DNA of 32,000 nucleotides from Opitutales bacterium (GTDB lineage: Bacteria; Verrucomicrobiota; Verrucomicrobiia; Opitutales; PNEW01), in assembly GCA_965219535.1 (NCBI GenBank), contig CBDCNV010000001.1:1020001-1052000 (forward strand), given 5' to 3'. Made by a program: the position numbers and the translations under genes. Shown piece after piece: positions 1 through 9,939 of the stretch (position 1 is the first letter of the stretch; each line of letters opens with the position of its first letter). The notes below the pieces were generated by a model, which did not search any database, was not told the DNA's origin, and saw nothing but the letters and a program-made list of their open reading frames with translations.

Positions 1-46
1 GGTGTGTGTGTCTGTTTTTTCGGGGGTTCTAAAACGGGTGCAGTTT

Positions 47-2236
47 TCATGATGCTCTCCTGATTGAAGGTGAAAATTGTTTATTTTCCGTGATTTTATC
101 GCTTATCATTGTTGCTTTATGGGAATAGAATGGTTGATCTTTATTGACCCTATCTTTGAGCAAATCACATGGCTTATAGTGGTCGGAAACAGTCCCTTGC
201 AGATGCTCCATTTTTTTTGCAACAAGCGGTATAGTAATCGTGTCCGCGTAACGTAATGGGCCACCACGAGCGGGTGCCCATCCTGTTCCCATAATCATTC
301 CGAAATCTACGTCTTCCGGCGCTTCTACTACATTTTCCTCAAGGCAGCGGGCCGCCTCGTTTATCATGAGGAGCACCATTCGATCCTGAAGCGCTTCGCG
401 GTCAACCCGCGATGAAGGGGGCGTTTCTTGAAACTTTGCCAGGCCAGGATTCTTCTCATTTGCATGAGAACCTTTATGATAGAGGTAAAATCCCCGGCCA
501 GTTTTTTTACCGGTCCATTCTAATTGCAACATCTGCTCCAGGATGTCGGTGAGTTGTATAGGGGAGTTGAGGCGTTTATTAAGATCAAGAGCGACATGCT
601 GAGCCACATCAAGGCCCACTTCATCAATAAGGCGCAAAGGACCCATCGGCATGCCAAATTGAAGCATAGCTTCATCAATTAAACCAACACTATAGCCTTC
701 CTGAAAGAGCCGAACGGCTTCAAGGAGGTAGGGCATAAGGATGCGATTTACTAAAAACCCCGGACTGTCACTAACAATTACCGGTAGTTTACCAATGCTT
801 TTAACAAAACTTAATGTTCTAGCGAGCGTTTCATTACTCGTTTTCACGCCCTTAATAATTTCCACCAGTTTCATCCGATGGACCGGATTGAAAAAGTGTA
901 TACCGATTACATTTTCTGGATGGTTCAAATCGCTGGCAATTTCAGAAATGGAAAGGGCTGAGGTATTGGTGGCGAGAATTGTATTTGGACTAGCTTGTTC
1001 TTCCAACTGTTGAAAAATTATCTTTTTCAAGTCCATTTTTTCAACCACCGCTTCAATTACCATATCGGTATTATGAAGAGGAACATCAACTGAAACCGGT
1101 CGAATTCTATCCATCCCTTTTTGCGCTTCGACCGCAGTAAAAACTTTTCGCTTGATTCCATTTTTATAGAGGCGTTGTGCCAGCTTCATTCCATGACCTA
1201 ATTGCTCTTTGCTGATGTCTTTAAGAAGGACCGGTATGTTGCGAGCGCTCATCCATTGGGCGATTCCAGAACCCATCACTCCTGCACCGACAACCGCGGC
1301 CGTGGATGTTATTCGGAGAGAATCTTTAGACGAGTTTTTACCCGACACATCAACTTTAAGCTTTTTAGCTCGTTCCTGGAGAAAGAAGATATTGACGAGA
1401 TTGCGAGAAGCTTCTGTTTTCGCCAGCTCAAGCAGGGCTTGTTTCTCACGCTTTAATGATTTCTCAACTGTCCCTCTCATGCTTTGCTTGATAACCTTGA
1501 GTGCTTTTAGCGGAGCGGGGTAGTTCCCTTTTGTTTTTTTGATAATGTCTTTTCTAACTTTTCCGGCGATGAGGGTCGCTACGGGAAAAGTATTAACAAA
1601 GAAAAAAGGATAATTCGTACGCTTAGAGACCATAGCTTTCACACTTGCTATCTTAATAATATATTCCGGGTAAGCCACGGTATCGACGATCCCGAGTTTT
1701 AAAGCATGTTTAGCCGCATAGATCTTGCCGCTCAAAATGACATTAAGTGCCTTAATAAAGCCAATGAGTCGGGGCAGGCGAGTTGATCCTCCCCATGCTG
1801 GAAGGATTCCGAGTTGGACCTCGGGCAGACCGATTTTTGTGACTTTATCAGAGGATGCGATTCGATAATCACAGGCTAGCGCTAGCTCCAGCCCACCACC
1901 AAGACAAGCTCCATGAATTGTTGCGACAGTTGTCAAGTGGAGTCGGCTTAGCCGAGAGAAAACTTTCTGCCCTAATTCGATCAGGTTCAAAACTGCGTCG
2001 TCAGATAATTCATTCGCAAAGGCATTAAGATCCACACCGGCAATAAATATTTTAGGTTTGGCACTGTGGATCACTAAACCTTTAAGTGATTTTTCCTGTT
2101 CGAGGAATTCCAAATGCTCATTTAATTCGTCTAAAGTGTGTTCATCTAGAATATTGGCTGTAGAATCAGGACGATCGAATGTCAGAATGCAAATTCCCGA
2201 TCCAGTAATTTCTCTAGTTATATTTGAATTGTTCAT
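47..2236 (-). CDS. Multifunctional fatty-acid oxidation alpha subunit (enoyl-CoA hydratase / 3-hydroxyacyl-CoA dehydrogenase), FadB/FadJ type
   Basis: 729-aa ORF. It has N-terminal crotonase-fold motifs (FIAGVDLNAF; HGACLGGGLELALACDYRIA) and a central Rossmann motif (VVGAGVMGSGIAQ) of 3-hydroxyacyl-CoA dehydrogenase. It is the last gene of a tightly packed minus-strand operon. Confidence 0.93.
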   Translation of the reverse strand: MNNSNITREITGSGICILTFDRPDSTANILDEHTLDELNEHLEFLEQEKSLKGLVIHSAKPKIFIAGVDLNAFANELSDDAVLNLIELGQKVFSRLSRLHLTTVATIHGACLGGGLELALACDYRIASSDKVTKIGLPEVQLGILPAWGGSTRLPRLIGFIKALNVILSGKIYAAKHALKLGIVDTVAYPEYIIKIASVKAMVSKRTNYPFFFVNTFPVATLIAGKVRKDIIKKTKGNYPAPLKALKVIKQSMRGTVEKSLKREKQALLELAKTEASRNLVNIFFLQERAKKLKVDVSGKNSSKDSLRITSTAAVVGAGVMGSGIAQWMSARNIPVLLKDISKEQLGHGMKLAQRLYKNGIKRKVFTAVEAQKGMDRIRPVSVDVPLHNTDMVIEAVVEKMDLKKIIFQQLEEQASPNTILATNTSALSISEIASDLNHPENVIGIHFFNPVHRMKLVEIIKGVKTSNETLARTLSFVKSIGKLPVIVSDSPGFLVNRILMPYLLEAVRLFQEGYSVGLIDEAMLQFGMPMGPLRLIDEVGLDVAQHVALDLNKRLNSPIQLTDILEQMLQLEWTGKKTGRGFYLYHKGSHANEKNPGLAKFQETPPSSRVDREALQDRMVLLMINEAARCLEENVVEAPEDVDFGMIMGTGWAPARGGPLRYADTITIPLVAKKMEHLQGTVSDHYKPCDLLKDRVNKDQPFYSHKATMISDKITENKQFSPSIRRAS

Positions 2237-2254
2237 CTTAATTTTTTTTAAGAT

Positions 2255-3544
2255 CTATATACTCTCCAACCAGAGTGCGCCTCCTTGTCCACCACCCACA
2301 CATAGGGAGACAAGCGCCCGTTTCGCTTTTCGTCTTTTAAGTTCTTTGAGCGCGGTTAATGCAAGTCTTGTCCCTGTAGCCCCGACCGGATGACCGAGGG
2401 CGATAGAGCCGCCGTTTACATTTAAGATTTCCTCGGGGATTTCTCCCAGAGCAAAATCTCTTCCCAAATGTTCTTTGCAAAAGTCTTGTGATTTAGAGGC
2501 CTGTATGACTGCCAGAACTTGTGCGGCAAAGGCTTCATTAATTTCGATGAGGTCTGCATCTTTAGGGCTCAGCCCCAGTTTTTTTTCTGCTTTATCCATA
2601 GCGAAAACCGGCCCTAGTCCCATTCGCTCTGGATCACAGCCGGCGTATTCGTAACCAATAAGTTTTCCCAGGGGTGTCAGTCCGTGTCGATGACAAGCAT
2701 TTTCAGTCATTACTAAGAGAAAGGCTGCCCCATCGGTGATTTGCGAAGCGTTGCCCGCGGTGACGGTTCCCGTGCGTCTGTCAAAAACCGGACGCAATTT
2801 ACCTAAAGCTTCAAGGTTTTGATTTTCACGCAGTCCATTATCTCTCTCGACGAATGCTGTCCCATTGTTGCTTTGAGAGAGGTAAACAGGACAAATTTCT
2901 TCTTGAAGCCGGTCCTGCGCCGCAAAGGCTTTTTTGTGAGAATGCACGGAAAATTGGTCCTGCTCATCACGAGAAATATTAAACTCCCGGCTGAGGACTT
3001 CACCGGTTTCCCCCATATTGAGTCCACAAACAGGATCAGTTAACCCCATTATCAATCCTACTTTTGGTTTAAAATCGGAAGGTCGAAACTTGAGGAGGTT
3101 GCCAACTCTTTGCACGACGGTTTTCGAACGAGCAAGAGCGGAGAATTTTTTCGACGCGGTTTGACTGAAGAACAAAGGTATTTGTGACATGCTTTCGCTC
3201 CCTCCGACGAGAAAAATCTCTCCACGTCCTGCAGCTATTTTTTCCGAGGCTTGAGTAATAGCTTCAAAGCCAGATGCACAATTGCGGTGAACGGTAATAG
3301 CAGGAACTGATTCTGGAATGCCAGCGCGCAAAGCAATGACTCGTGATATATTGGCGGCATTTGCCGGTTGACCGACACAACCGATTATCACTTCGTCTAT
3401 GGAGTCGGGTGCGATGCCCGTTTTAGCAAGCAATGCACTTACTGCGGTTCGTCCCAACTCAACAGCACTCAGATTTGCAAATTGGGTACCTGCCTTAGTA
3501 AAAGGTGTGCGTATCCCATCAACAATGTAAAGTGATTGAATCAT
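2255..3544 (-). CDS. Acetyl-CoA C-acyltransferase (3-ketoacyl-CoA thiolase), FadA/FadI type
   Basis: 429-aa ORF with the thiolase nucleophile context VHRNCASGFEA and C-terminal NVNGGSIALGHPVGATG and CVGGGQG motifs. Its ATG overlaps the upstream stop (ATGA at 3541-3544). Confidence 0.93.
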   Translation of the reverse strand: MIQSLYIVDGIRTPFTKAGTQFANLSAVELGRTAVSALLAKTGIAPDSIDEVIIGCVGQPANAANISRVIALRAGIPESVPAITVHRNCASGFEAITQASEKIAAGRGEIFLVGGSESMSQIPLFFSQTASKKFSALARSKTVVQRVGNLLKFRPSDFKPKVGLIMGLTDPVCGLNMGETGEVLSREFNISRDEQDQFSVHSHKKAFAAQDRLQEEICPVYLSQSNNGTAFVERDNGLRENQNLEALGKLRPVFDRRTGTVTAGNASQITDGAAFLLVMTENACHRHGLTPLGKLIGYEYAGCDPERMGLGPVFAMDKAEKKLGLSPKDADLIEINEAFAAQVLAVIQASKSQDFCKEHLGRDFALGEIPEEILNVNGGSIALGHPVGATGTRLALTALKELKRRKAKRALVSLCVGGGQGGALWLESI

Positions 3545-5094
3545 CCTTTTACCCTATTAAGTGATTTAGCTTTGGCCGATATCCTTTGACGGCGTTGTCG
3601 ATTATAGGTCGGTTCCTCAGGTTTTTCTCGATTATCTACAATTTTTTCTTCTTTGAGTGCTTGGCCGACTTTATGCAGTTTACGGATACCTTCCGCTGAG
3701 TGAAATATTATGCGGTTGGGCCTTATCTCGGTATCTTTAATAAACCGGGCGTTAATTTCGTTAATCAATGCTTTGTTATCAGTAGAACCCCGTTTACTGA
3801 CGTGAAGAATCAGTTCGTCTACTTCCAATGGATCATCGTTTACTTTTCGAAGTTCAAGTTGCCACGCGCCGACAGGTTCAATGTTATCTAGAAGATATTC
3901 CAAAACATTGAAATTTACTAGTGTGCCTTTGATTTTTTGAAGTTGCATGGAACGCACATCTGAAACACGTGAGATTTTTCCCATTAATCGCGGTAATTGA
4001 CGGCTGCAATGAGGACATGGCTCGTAGGTAATCCCGCCATCTATGAAATCACCGGTGCGATAACGAAGGATAACCGTGCCCCGAGAATTTAAAGGAGTGA
4101 AAACTATTTCACCACCCTCACCATCGGGAAGCACCTCTCCTGTCTCGGGATTGATAATTTCTACAATGCCCATATCAGGATACAAGTGGTAACCGGGTGA
4201 AAGCTCATCACGATGGAAGGGACATTCTACCCAGGCCATTCTAGATTCCGTGAACGCATAGGTGGCTACTACTGACACCGCTGGCGACCCCAGTGTGGCA
4301 CATAAATCTGACAGCTTGCGACGTGTCCCAGTAACGACCTTTTCTCCGCCGAGAATTATAAGTCGTAGATTCTCGAAATGTTCACCTTCTTCGACCGCTT
4401 GATTTAGCATGTGATAAACAAAAGTTGGCATTCCAATTAGAACCGTGGGTTTAATTTTTTTGATGAGCTGAATACTGCCTTCGGTACCCATCACTTTCCC
4501 CCCTCCTGATCCAAGGCAGAATAGGTTTTTTTCAATAGCTCCGTGGTAGACTTGCCAATAAGCTAAGTGCGGTGCATAGGGAAACACGTTGAGGATACGG
4601 TCTTCCTTTTCCGCCTGCGCAATTTCAACAATTCTAGCACCACTCACAGCTAAATTGCGAAGATCATGTTGTGTGTAAAGGAAGGGGATGGGTTCTGTAG
4701 ACCGCCCCGTGGTACTGGTCATGAAGATCGGCCGATACTCGCGCTCCAATTCCTCTTTTACACGGGCCTTCCCTCGCATCAGTGCGCGAAGAAATACTTC
4801 CGGTTGTCGGGCGAGTAATTGGGAATCAGGAATGAGAATAAAGTCCCGAATCTTGCTTGTATTTTCCGGTGTGGACAACAGGTCTTCCTTGCTTGTAAAG
4901 GGGAGTCTCTCTAAATCCTCCACCGTCCGGATGTCATTCACCTCAATTTTATGGTCATGAAATAGCTGGCCGTAATGCTTTGAAAAGGGGAGAACCTTTC
5001 GGCGTAAAAAATGATTAAGGACCTTCCCTTGATGAGAGAGAATAGATCTTTTATCAAGGGCGTCCCAGTTTCTAGTTATAATTGATGTTTTCAT
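3541..5094 (-). CDS. Adenylate-forming acyl-CoA ligase, phenylacetate-CoA ligase / coenzyme F390 synthetase-like (ANL superfamily)
   Basis: 517-aa ORF with a degenerate P-loop-like TSTTGRSTEP and the conserved YRTGD (RYRTGDFIDG). Size and layout fit the PaaK-like family rather than FadD. It overlaps the upstream gene by 23 nt. Confidence 0.75.
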   Translation of the reverse strand: MKTSIITRNWDALDKRSILSHQGKVLNHFLRRKVLPFSKHYGQLFHDHKIEVNDIRTVEDLERLPFTSKEDLLSTPENTSKIRDFILIPDSQLLARQPEVFLRALMRGKARVKEELEREYRPIFMTSTTGRSTEPIPFLYTQHDLRNLAVSGARIVEIAQAEKEDRILNVFPYAPHLAYWQVYHGAIEKNLFCLGSGGGKVMGTEGSIQLIKKIKPTVLIGMPTFVYHMLNQAVEEGEHFENLRLIILGGEKVVTGTRRKLSDLCATLGSPAVSVVATYAFTESRMAWVECPFHRDELSPGYHLYPDMGIVEIINPETGEVLPDGEGGEIVFTPLNSRGTVILRYRTGDFIDGGITYEPCPHCSRQLPRLMGKISRVSDVRSMQLQKIKGTLVNFNVLEYLLDNIEPVGAWQLELRKVNDDPLEVDELILHVSKRGSTDNKALINEINARFIKDTEIRPNRIIFHSAEGIRKLHKVGQALKEEKIVDNREKPEEPTYNRQRRQRISAKAKSLNRVKG

Positions 5095-6859
5095 TTACTT
5101 CGACCTTTCGATTTAGAAGTGAACAGATCTTATCCAGCTGTCTTTCCGCTTCCTGACGTCCACAAGCTATGTATTTGCCGGGTTTATTATATTCATACCA
5201 TTGGGATTCACAGGTTATGGGCTGCAATACAACGTCTGCCCGTAATATATCACGCTCAACAATATGGATTTGACCGCCTTCCATGCTTCGCATCACCGTG
5301 TCCATGATATTTCCTTCCGCGAAGTAGTTTAGGTGCTTGTTTAGTAGCCGGAATAGACCTTTAAAGAAGTTACGATTACCGTTGTTTTTATAAGTTGAAG
5401 CGCACTCCCGCATGTAGCTGGGAGATAGAACCGTGCTCACAGCAATAATATTCTCGATCCCCATCTCTTCCAAGACGTCAACGGGTAGAGGGTTGGTGAC
5501 ACCTCCATCAATGTAAGTTTCTCCATTGATCTCCATGGGAACAAAGACACCCGGAATGGTACAACTGGCACGCACAGCAGAGACGACATCTCCCTCAGAA
5601 AACACGTCGGGGTCCATCGTGTTTATATTCGATGCGACGATCCGGAGTGGGATGGATAAGTCGGCGAAACGCGCATAACCCAATGCCCGCCTCAGTCTGT
5701 CCTTAATTTTTCTTCCGAGGAAAAAGGCGCGCCGTGGTGGTAAGACGAAATCGAGGAGTTCGAGTAATCCTAATCGTTTTTCAAGTCCCCGAGAAAGTCT
5801 TTCCATGTCTCGACCATTATATCCGTATGCCCAATGGGCGGCGACATAGGCACCCATGCTCGAAGCGGCAACAACGTCGATATCGATACCGTTCTCTTCA
5901 AGTACCTGGATGACACCGATGTGTGCCAGACCTTTGGCGCTTCCCGGGGAGAGTGCGAGACCAATACGGCAACGCCCGATCTCACGGGCAATACGGCGGA
6001 ACTGCGCGTTGTAGCGTCGTTCCACTTCGCGATCATAGTCGGGCCCTTCAGGTATATTTAGATCGGTAGGCAGGGTGCGAATAACACTGCTTAACGGCAT
6101 ACCGATTTTGTTATTGATGAATTGCAGGTTGTGAGGGGACTCTCCCTTTTCCAGGATAAGTAAAGGTTTAATTTTCCGGGTATCCTTGGCGAAACGATTA
6201 CTCACTTCGCGGATCAATAGATTTATCGTGTAGAAGTCCCTCGTTCTTTGACTTAATGCGATATAAATATTTTCGAAGTGAATCGCACACTCGAACAAGG
6301 TTCGCCGAATCCTATCACCTGCGAAGTAGAGGAGAACAAAGGAGTAAGACTTATAGCAGGTCTCAAGAAAGGGAAGAAGAAGAGAGAAGGCCTTATGGTC
6401 ATCTCCTAAATTAATCTTGAGCTTAAGATAGGGGATCTCCTTTTCTGATTTTATATAACTATTACCGTTCGTATAGCCGTTGACCGCAGGTATCTGATTA
6501 CCCAAATCAGCCAAGTTGTAATCTCCTCCTTCTTCGCTGAATTCAATTAACAAAACTTTACGAAAAGTTTCTTCGTAAAGAAAATGACAAAGCTTTGTTC
6601 GGATTTCTTCATTAAGCAATTGCTTTGCCTGATCGACGAAAACTACGGTGTTCTTTTTACTGTCTTTGAAGGTATCTTTTTTGAATTCTACATTAAGTGA
6701 TCGATTGCCAGAGTCATGCTCAAGAGACTTGACCAGCTTTTCATTGTCGATCAGCAGTTGACGCAGGCGATTGCCCGGTATTCGCAGCACCCGTGATGTT
6801 GCTATAAATAAAGGATGTGACTCAAGATTCTGGATGAAATTTTTCACTGAATTAGTCAA
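5072..6859 (-). CDS. Patatin-like phospholipase domain protein with an unrecognised ~300-aa N-terminal domain
   Basis: 595-aa ORF whose C-terminal half carries patatin features: oxyanion region LALSPGSAKGLAHIGV, nucleophile elbow ASSMG, and catalytic Asp in YIDGGVTNPLP. I recognise no motif in the N-terminal ~300 aa. The annotated start is TTG and is uncertain. Confidence 0.8.
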   Translation of the reverse strand: MTNSVKNFIQNLESHPLFIATSRVLRIPGNRLRQLLIDNEKLVKSLEHDSGNRSLNVEFKKDTFKDSKKNTVVFVDQAKQLLNEEIRTKLCHFLYEETFRKVLLIEFSEEGGDYNLADLGNQIPAVNGYTNGNSYIKSEKEIPYLKLKINLGDDHKAFSLLLPFLETCYKSYSFVLLYFAGDRIRRTLFECAIHFENIYIALSQRTRDFYTINLLIREVSNRFAKDTRKIKPLLILEKGESPHNLQFINNKIGMPLSSVIRTLPTDLNIPEGPDYDREVERRYNAQFRRIAREIGRCRIGLALSPGSAKGLAHIGVIQVLEENGIDIDVVAASSMGAYVAAHWAYGYNGRDMERLSRGLEKRLGLLELLDFVLPPRRAFFLGRKIKDRLRRALGYARFADLSIPLRIVASNINTMDPDVFSEGDVVSAVRASCTIPGVFVPMEINGETYIDGGVTNPLPVDVLEEMGIENIIAVSTVLSPSYMRECASTYKNNGNRNFFKGLFRLLNKHLNYFAEGNIMDTVMRSMEGGQIHIVERDILRADVVLQPITCESQWYEYNKPGKYIACGRQEAERQLDKICSLLNRKVEVNENINYN

Positions 6860-7255
6860 ACATGGAATTAAATATTACTAGACAATTATATGAGGAATAA
6901 GTGTCGTTTTATATTTCAAAAAATGGTCCTCGATTGGTTTAATTGGCTAAGGAAATTTACCATTAGCTTTATAATTAATGCTTGTATTTAATATCTGCTG
7001 ACTAGAGCAATTACCCTATATAAAATAGTCGATATTTTCGAGATAATAGTTTATCAACTACATTTATTTACACTATTTTAACTTAAATCGATTGATAAAA
7101 TAAGAGCCTAACTAGTAATGACTTAGTTCATTATAGTTTTTGTGCTCATTCTTCTAACCAATCGTAAAATGAGCACGTTTCTTAAGGAAATAGATGAGAT
7201 ATAACCTGCTGGAAAAATTGGCACTATGCCGTATTAGAAATACTGGATGCAGGAT

Positions 7256-7269
7256 ATCCGATTTCGGAT
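7256..7269. promoter_or_regulatory. Palindrome ATCCGA-TT-TCGGAT, a candidate operator
   Basis: Perfect 6+6 inverted repeat with a 2-nt centre, read directly. It is embedded in a run of ATGCAG and GATTG repeats inside a 550-bp non-coding region. Confidence 0.3.
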
Positions 7270-7410
7270 TGCAGAATGCAGATTGTGGATTGACACACGA
7301 TGCAGTGAAGCAAAATGCAAGTTAATCCAATCGATTCCTAATTTATCGCATCATCACAAACACGCATGTTCGCTTTCACCCATTATCGCTTTATCGCGCT
7401 TACTCTTCAA

Positions 7411-8538
7411 CTAGCAGCACCAGTGTCGAATGAGATGAGAGTAAATTTCCGTACCCTTCTCTAATTGATCGAGATCGATCCATTCATCATGGGTGTGTGC
7501 CTGCGCGATATCGCCCGGTCCAAATACGACGATTTTTTTCATCGCCGATAACATCGCTCCGTCAGTGCCGTAGGATACCGTTCGCGGTGTTTTTTTTCCG
7601 GTAAGCTGTAATACTTCTTTAACGAAGTCAGATTGAGGATCGACATAGAGCGGTGTGGCCTGTGACCGAAGGTCGAATTCAATTCCACTATCCGCTGCCG
7701 CTTTACGCGCTCTCTCAACGAGAGCATTGGCATTTTGACCGGGCATCGGGCGAAAATAGACGGTGCAAACACTCTGCGGAGGGGTAATATTAATGGCCTT
7801 GGTATGATCATTAATACCAATGTTCCAGCTCATGGTGGGGGGATCAAACTCATCATTTTGCCACGAGGGATCGGATTCAATCTCATCATGAATGTTTTTC
7901 ATTTCAGTGAGAAAGGGAATCATTGCCAGGTTGGCATTAATGCCCTCACGGGTACTTGAATGAGCCGCTCTTCCCTTGGAAGTGGCAACAAATCCATAAG
8001 TTCCTTTGTGTGCGTAAACGACCTCCAGCATTGTCGGTTCACCAATGATTCCATTGCTCTCACCATCGACCATTTCACGGTAAAATTTTGAATTGTCTGC
8101 CACTTGTTTTGCACCCCCGTAACCTATTTCTTCATCCGCGGTGCAGGTAATATAGATGGGATTTTTCAACTCCGCTGCCGAAAACTGTTCCGCTGCTGCC
8201 ATCATACAGGCGATAGAGCCTTTCATGTCACAGCTACCGCGACCGTAAAGTTTGTTCCCTTTAATCGTCGGGTTAAAAGGTCCATGTTCTTCAGTAAACC
8301 AGGGATCGGCGGGCACGACATCGGTATGACCGAAATAGGCCATCCCACCGCTCCCTTCTCCTTTTTTACCGATGACATTAACTTTTTGAACCCCGTTGTC
8401 ATCGTTATATTCGATGCGCTCAGTTTCGAAACCAAGCTTGGTTAATGTCTCTTGAACATAATCGCTGACCGGGGCGTTGGAAAATACACTTGTAGACTCA
8501 AACGCGATTAAATCCTGATCGTATTGAAGTGAATTCAT
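7411..8538 (-). CDS. M20-family metallo-deacylase (ArgE/DapE-like acetylornithine deacetylase / desuccinylase)
   Basis: 375-aa ORF with the motifs HTDVVP, GRGSCDMKG and ADEEIGYGG, which are typical of M20 ArgE/DapE enzymes. Confidence 0.85.
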   Translation of the reverse strand: MNSLQYDQDLIAFESTSVFSNAPVSDYVQETLTKLGFETERIEYNDDNGVQKVNVIGKKGEGSGGMAYFGHTDVVPADPWFTEEHGPFNPTIKGNKLYGRGSCDMKGSIACMMAAAEQFSAAELKNPIYITCTADEEIGYGGAKQVADNSKFYREMVDGESNGIIGEPTMLEVVYAHKGTYGFVATSKGRAAHSSTREGINANLAMIPFLTEMKNIHDEIESDPSWQNDEFDPPTMSWNIGINDHTKAINITPPQSVCTVYFRPMPGQNANALVERARKAAADSGIEFDLRSQATPLYVDPQSDFVKEVLQLTGKKTPRTVSYGTDGAMLSAMKKIVVFGPGDIAQAHTHDEWIDLDQLEKGTEIYSHLIRHWCC

Positions 8539-8639
8539 AGTTTAATAATATCTCTTTTATAGACGTAAAAAGTAGATCAATAAGATAATTTTTTAAGAGG
8601 GAATTCAAAATTAATCGGACTGAATAAGTAATTCCCGGA

Positions 8640-9887
8640 TTAGGGAATAAACACGTTTTCGCGTTCTTGCTTAACGAGGGGTCGATTTCCGTTTTCAGTT
8701 ACGACAACCGCTTGTTCTGTATGGACTGCACCGTTTCCAAGATACATGACGCACGATTCAAGATTGAAGACCATTCCCGCTTCGAGGACAATATCGGAAG
8801 GAATATCCACACAATCGTCACGAATACGCAGTCCGTTGTCAGCGACTATTATCGGATATTCACGTACTTCCAGGCCATAACTGTGTCCATGGGGAAAAGA
8901 ATCCTTGATACCGTTATTATCGAGTGTCTGGCGCATAGCATGTTGAACTTCAGACGCTTTAACTCCCGGTTTAATGACATCTTCAGCGGCAGCCATCGCG
9001 GCGCGTAAAGCTTGGTGACGGGCTGAGAGTTCTTTTGAAGGTTCACTCATCGCTACCGTTGTGCCGGTGTCTGAAAACTGATGGTTATAATAGCAGCCAT
9101 AATCCACATAAAACACATCTTTCTCGCTGAAACGGTGTTCCACTTCAGCGGCAATACCTAATCCTTGGATAGCGTATAAAAAATGTTCAAAATCACCACC
9201 TTGTTCTGAAACCCGGGTGCGAAAATTTTGGACGAGTTCACTGGCGAGGCTGCCTGGTTTTAAGAGAGCGAGACTTTCCATCGCCGCCTGTTCACTGATT
9301 TCAGCACCGCGGGTCAAACTGGCAAGATCGTCTTCGCTTTTTACCATTCTAATGAGACGAATCAGATTCGTACAATCTTTTATTGATGCCTTCGACAGTC
9401 CGTTGCTAATAGCAGCTTCTGTATCCGCGGGTAGATTTTCTTTTTCTAAACCGATGCGTGCTTCCAGCAATCCGCGATCATTTAAAATTGCGTGAAGTGA
9501 TTCTGTAGGGGTGCTACAGTTATAGGGATTTTTATGTAATTCATGGAAATTTCGTAGATGGCCAGGGATTTCAATAGGAGGTAAAGTTGAATTATTAAAT
9601 TCTGAGGAATTACCGTAGGTATATATGTCGCTTACCCAATTGTCGGCTGCGTTTAACGAGAAGAGAGGATTAACGACAAGCGCCGGTTCGCCATCGAGGG
9701 GGTAGACCGCATAACCTTGCGCCAGCCGACTCGGGGCGCCGGGAACCATCATGTAATCTTTGAAAAGCGGATCGATCCAGCAGTAATAATCGGTGAAATA
9801 AGTGACATTGGCAAAGGATGTAGCGATGAGAACATCCAGATTGTAGTTGCGCATATATTCATCAGCGCGCGCTTTGTTAAAAAACAT
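8640..9887 (-). CDS. M24-family metallohydrolase (creatinase / Xaa-Pro peptidase / ectoine-hydrolase-like fold)
   Basis: 415-aa ORF with a creatinase-type N-terminal domain plus a pita-bread C-terminal domain. Candidate metal ligands are present (VDYG, SDTG, HGHSYG, NLES, HTEQ). Confidence 0.8.
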   Translation of the reverse strand: MFFNKARADEYMRNYNLDVLIATSFANVTYFTDYYCWIDPLFKDYMMVPGAPSRLAQGYAVYPLDGEPALVVNPLFSLNAADNWVSDIYTYGNSSEFNNSTLPPIEIPGHLRNFHELHKNPYNCSTPTESLHAILNDRGLLEARIGLEKENLPADTEAAISNGLSKASIKDCTNLIRLIRMVKSEDDLASLTRGAEISEQAAMESLALLKPGSLASELVQNFRTRVSEQGGDFEHFLYAIQGLGIAAEVEHRFSEKDVFYVDYGCYYNHQFSDTGTTVAMSEPSKELSARHQALRAAMAAAEDVIKPGVKASEVQHAMRQTLDNNGIKDSFPHGHSYGLEVREYPIIVADNGLRIRDDCVDIPSDIVLEAGMVFNLESCVMYLGNGAVHTEQAVVVTENGNRPLVKQERENVFIP

Positions 9888-9939
9888 AGACTCTTATTTT
9901 ATAATTTATATATGCTAAGAGTGAAAACCTGAAGTGTAA

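Noticed and set aside
741-1523. Plus-strand ORFs of 84-104 aa (741-1013, 1202-1456, 1209-1523) inside the FadB/FadJ gene. The same pattern of antisense or overlapping ORFs occurs inside other confident genes: 2058-2393, 2803-3043, 3700-3891, 4688-4960, 5119-6061, 7539-8445, 8667-9932, 11156-11365, 12875-13330, 13692-14039, 21173-21445, 22078-22272, 24538-25240, 25266-25777, 26806-27057, 27676-27942, 30121-30393 and 31537-31725.
   Set aside because: Each lies wholly within or antisense to a long ORF with clear family motifs. Their translations are low-complexity or Arg/Ser/Leu-rich, with no motifs. They are treated as shadow ORFs.
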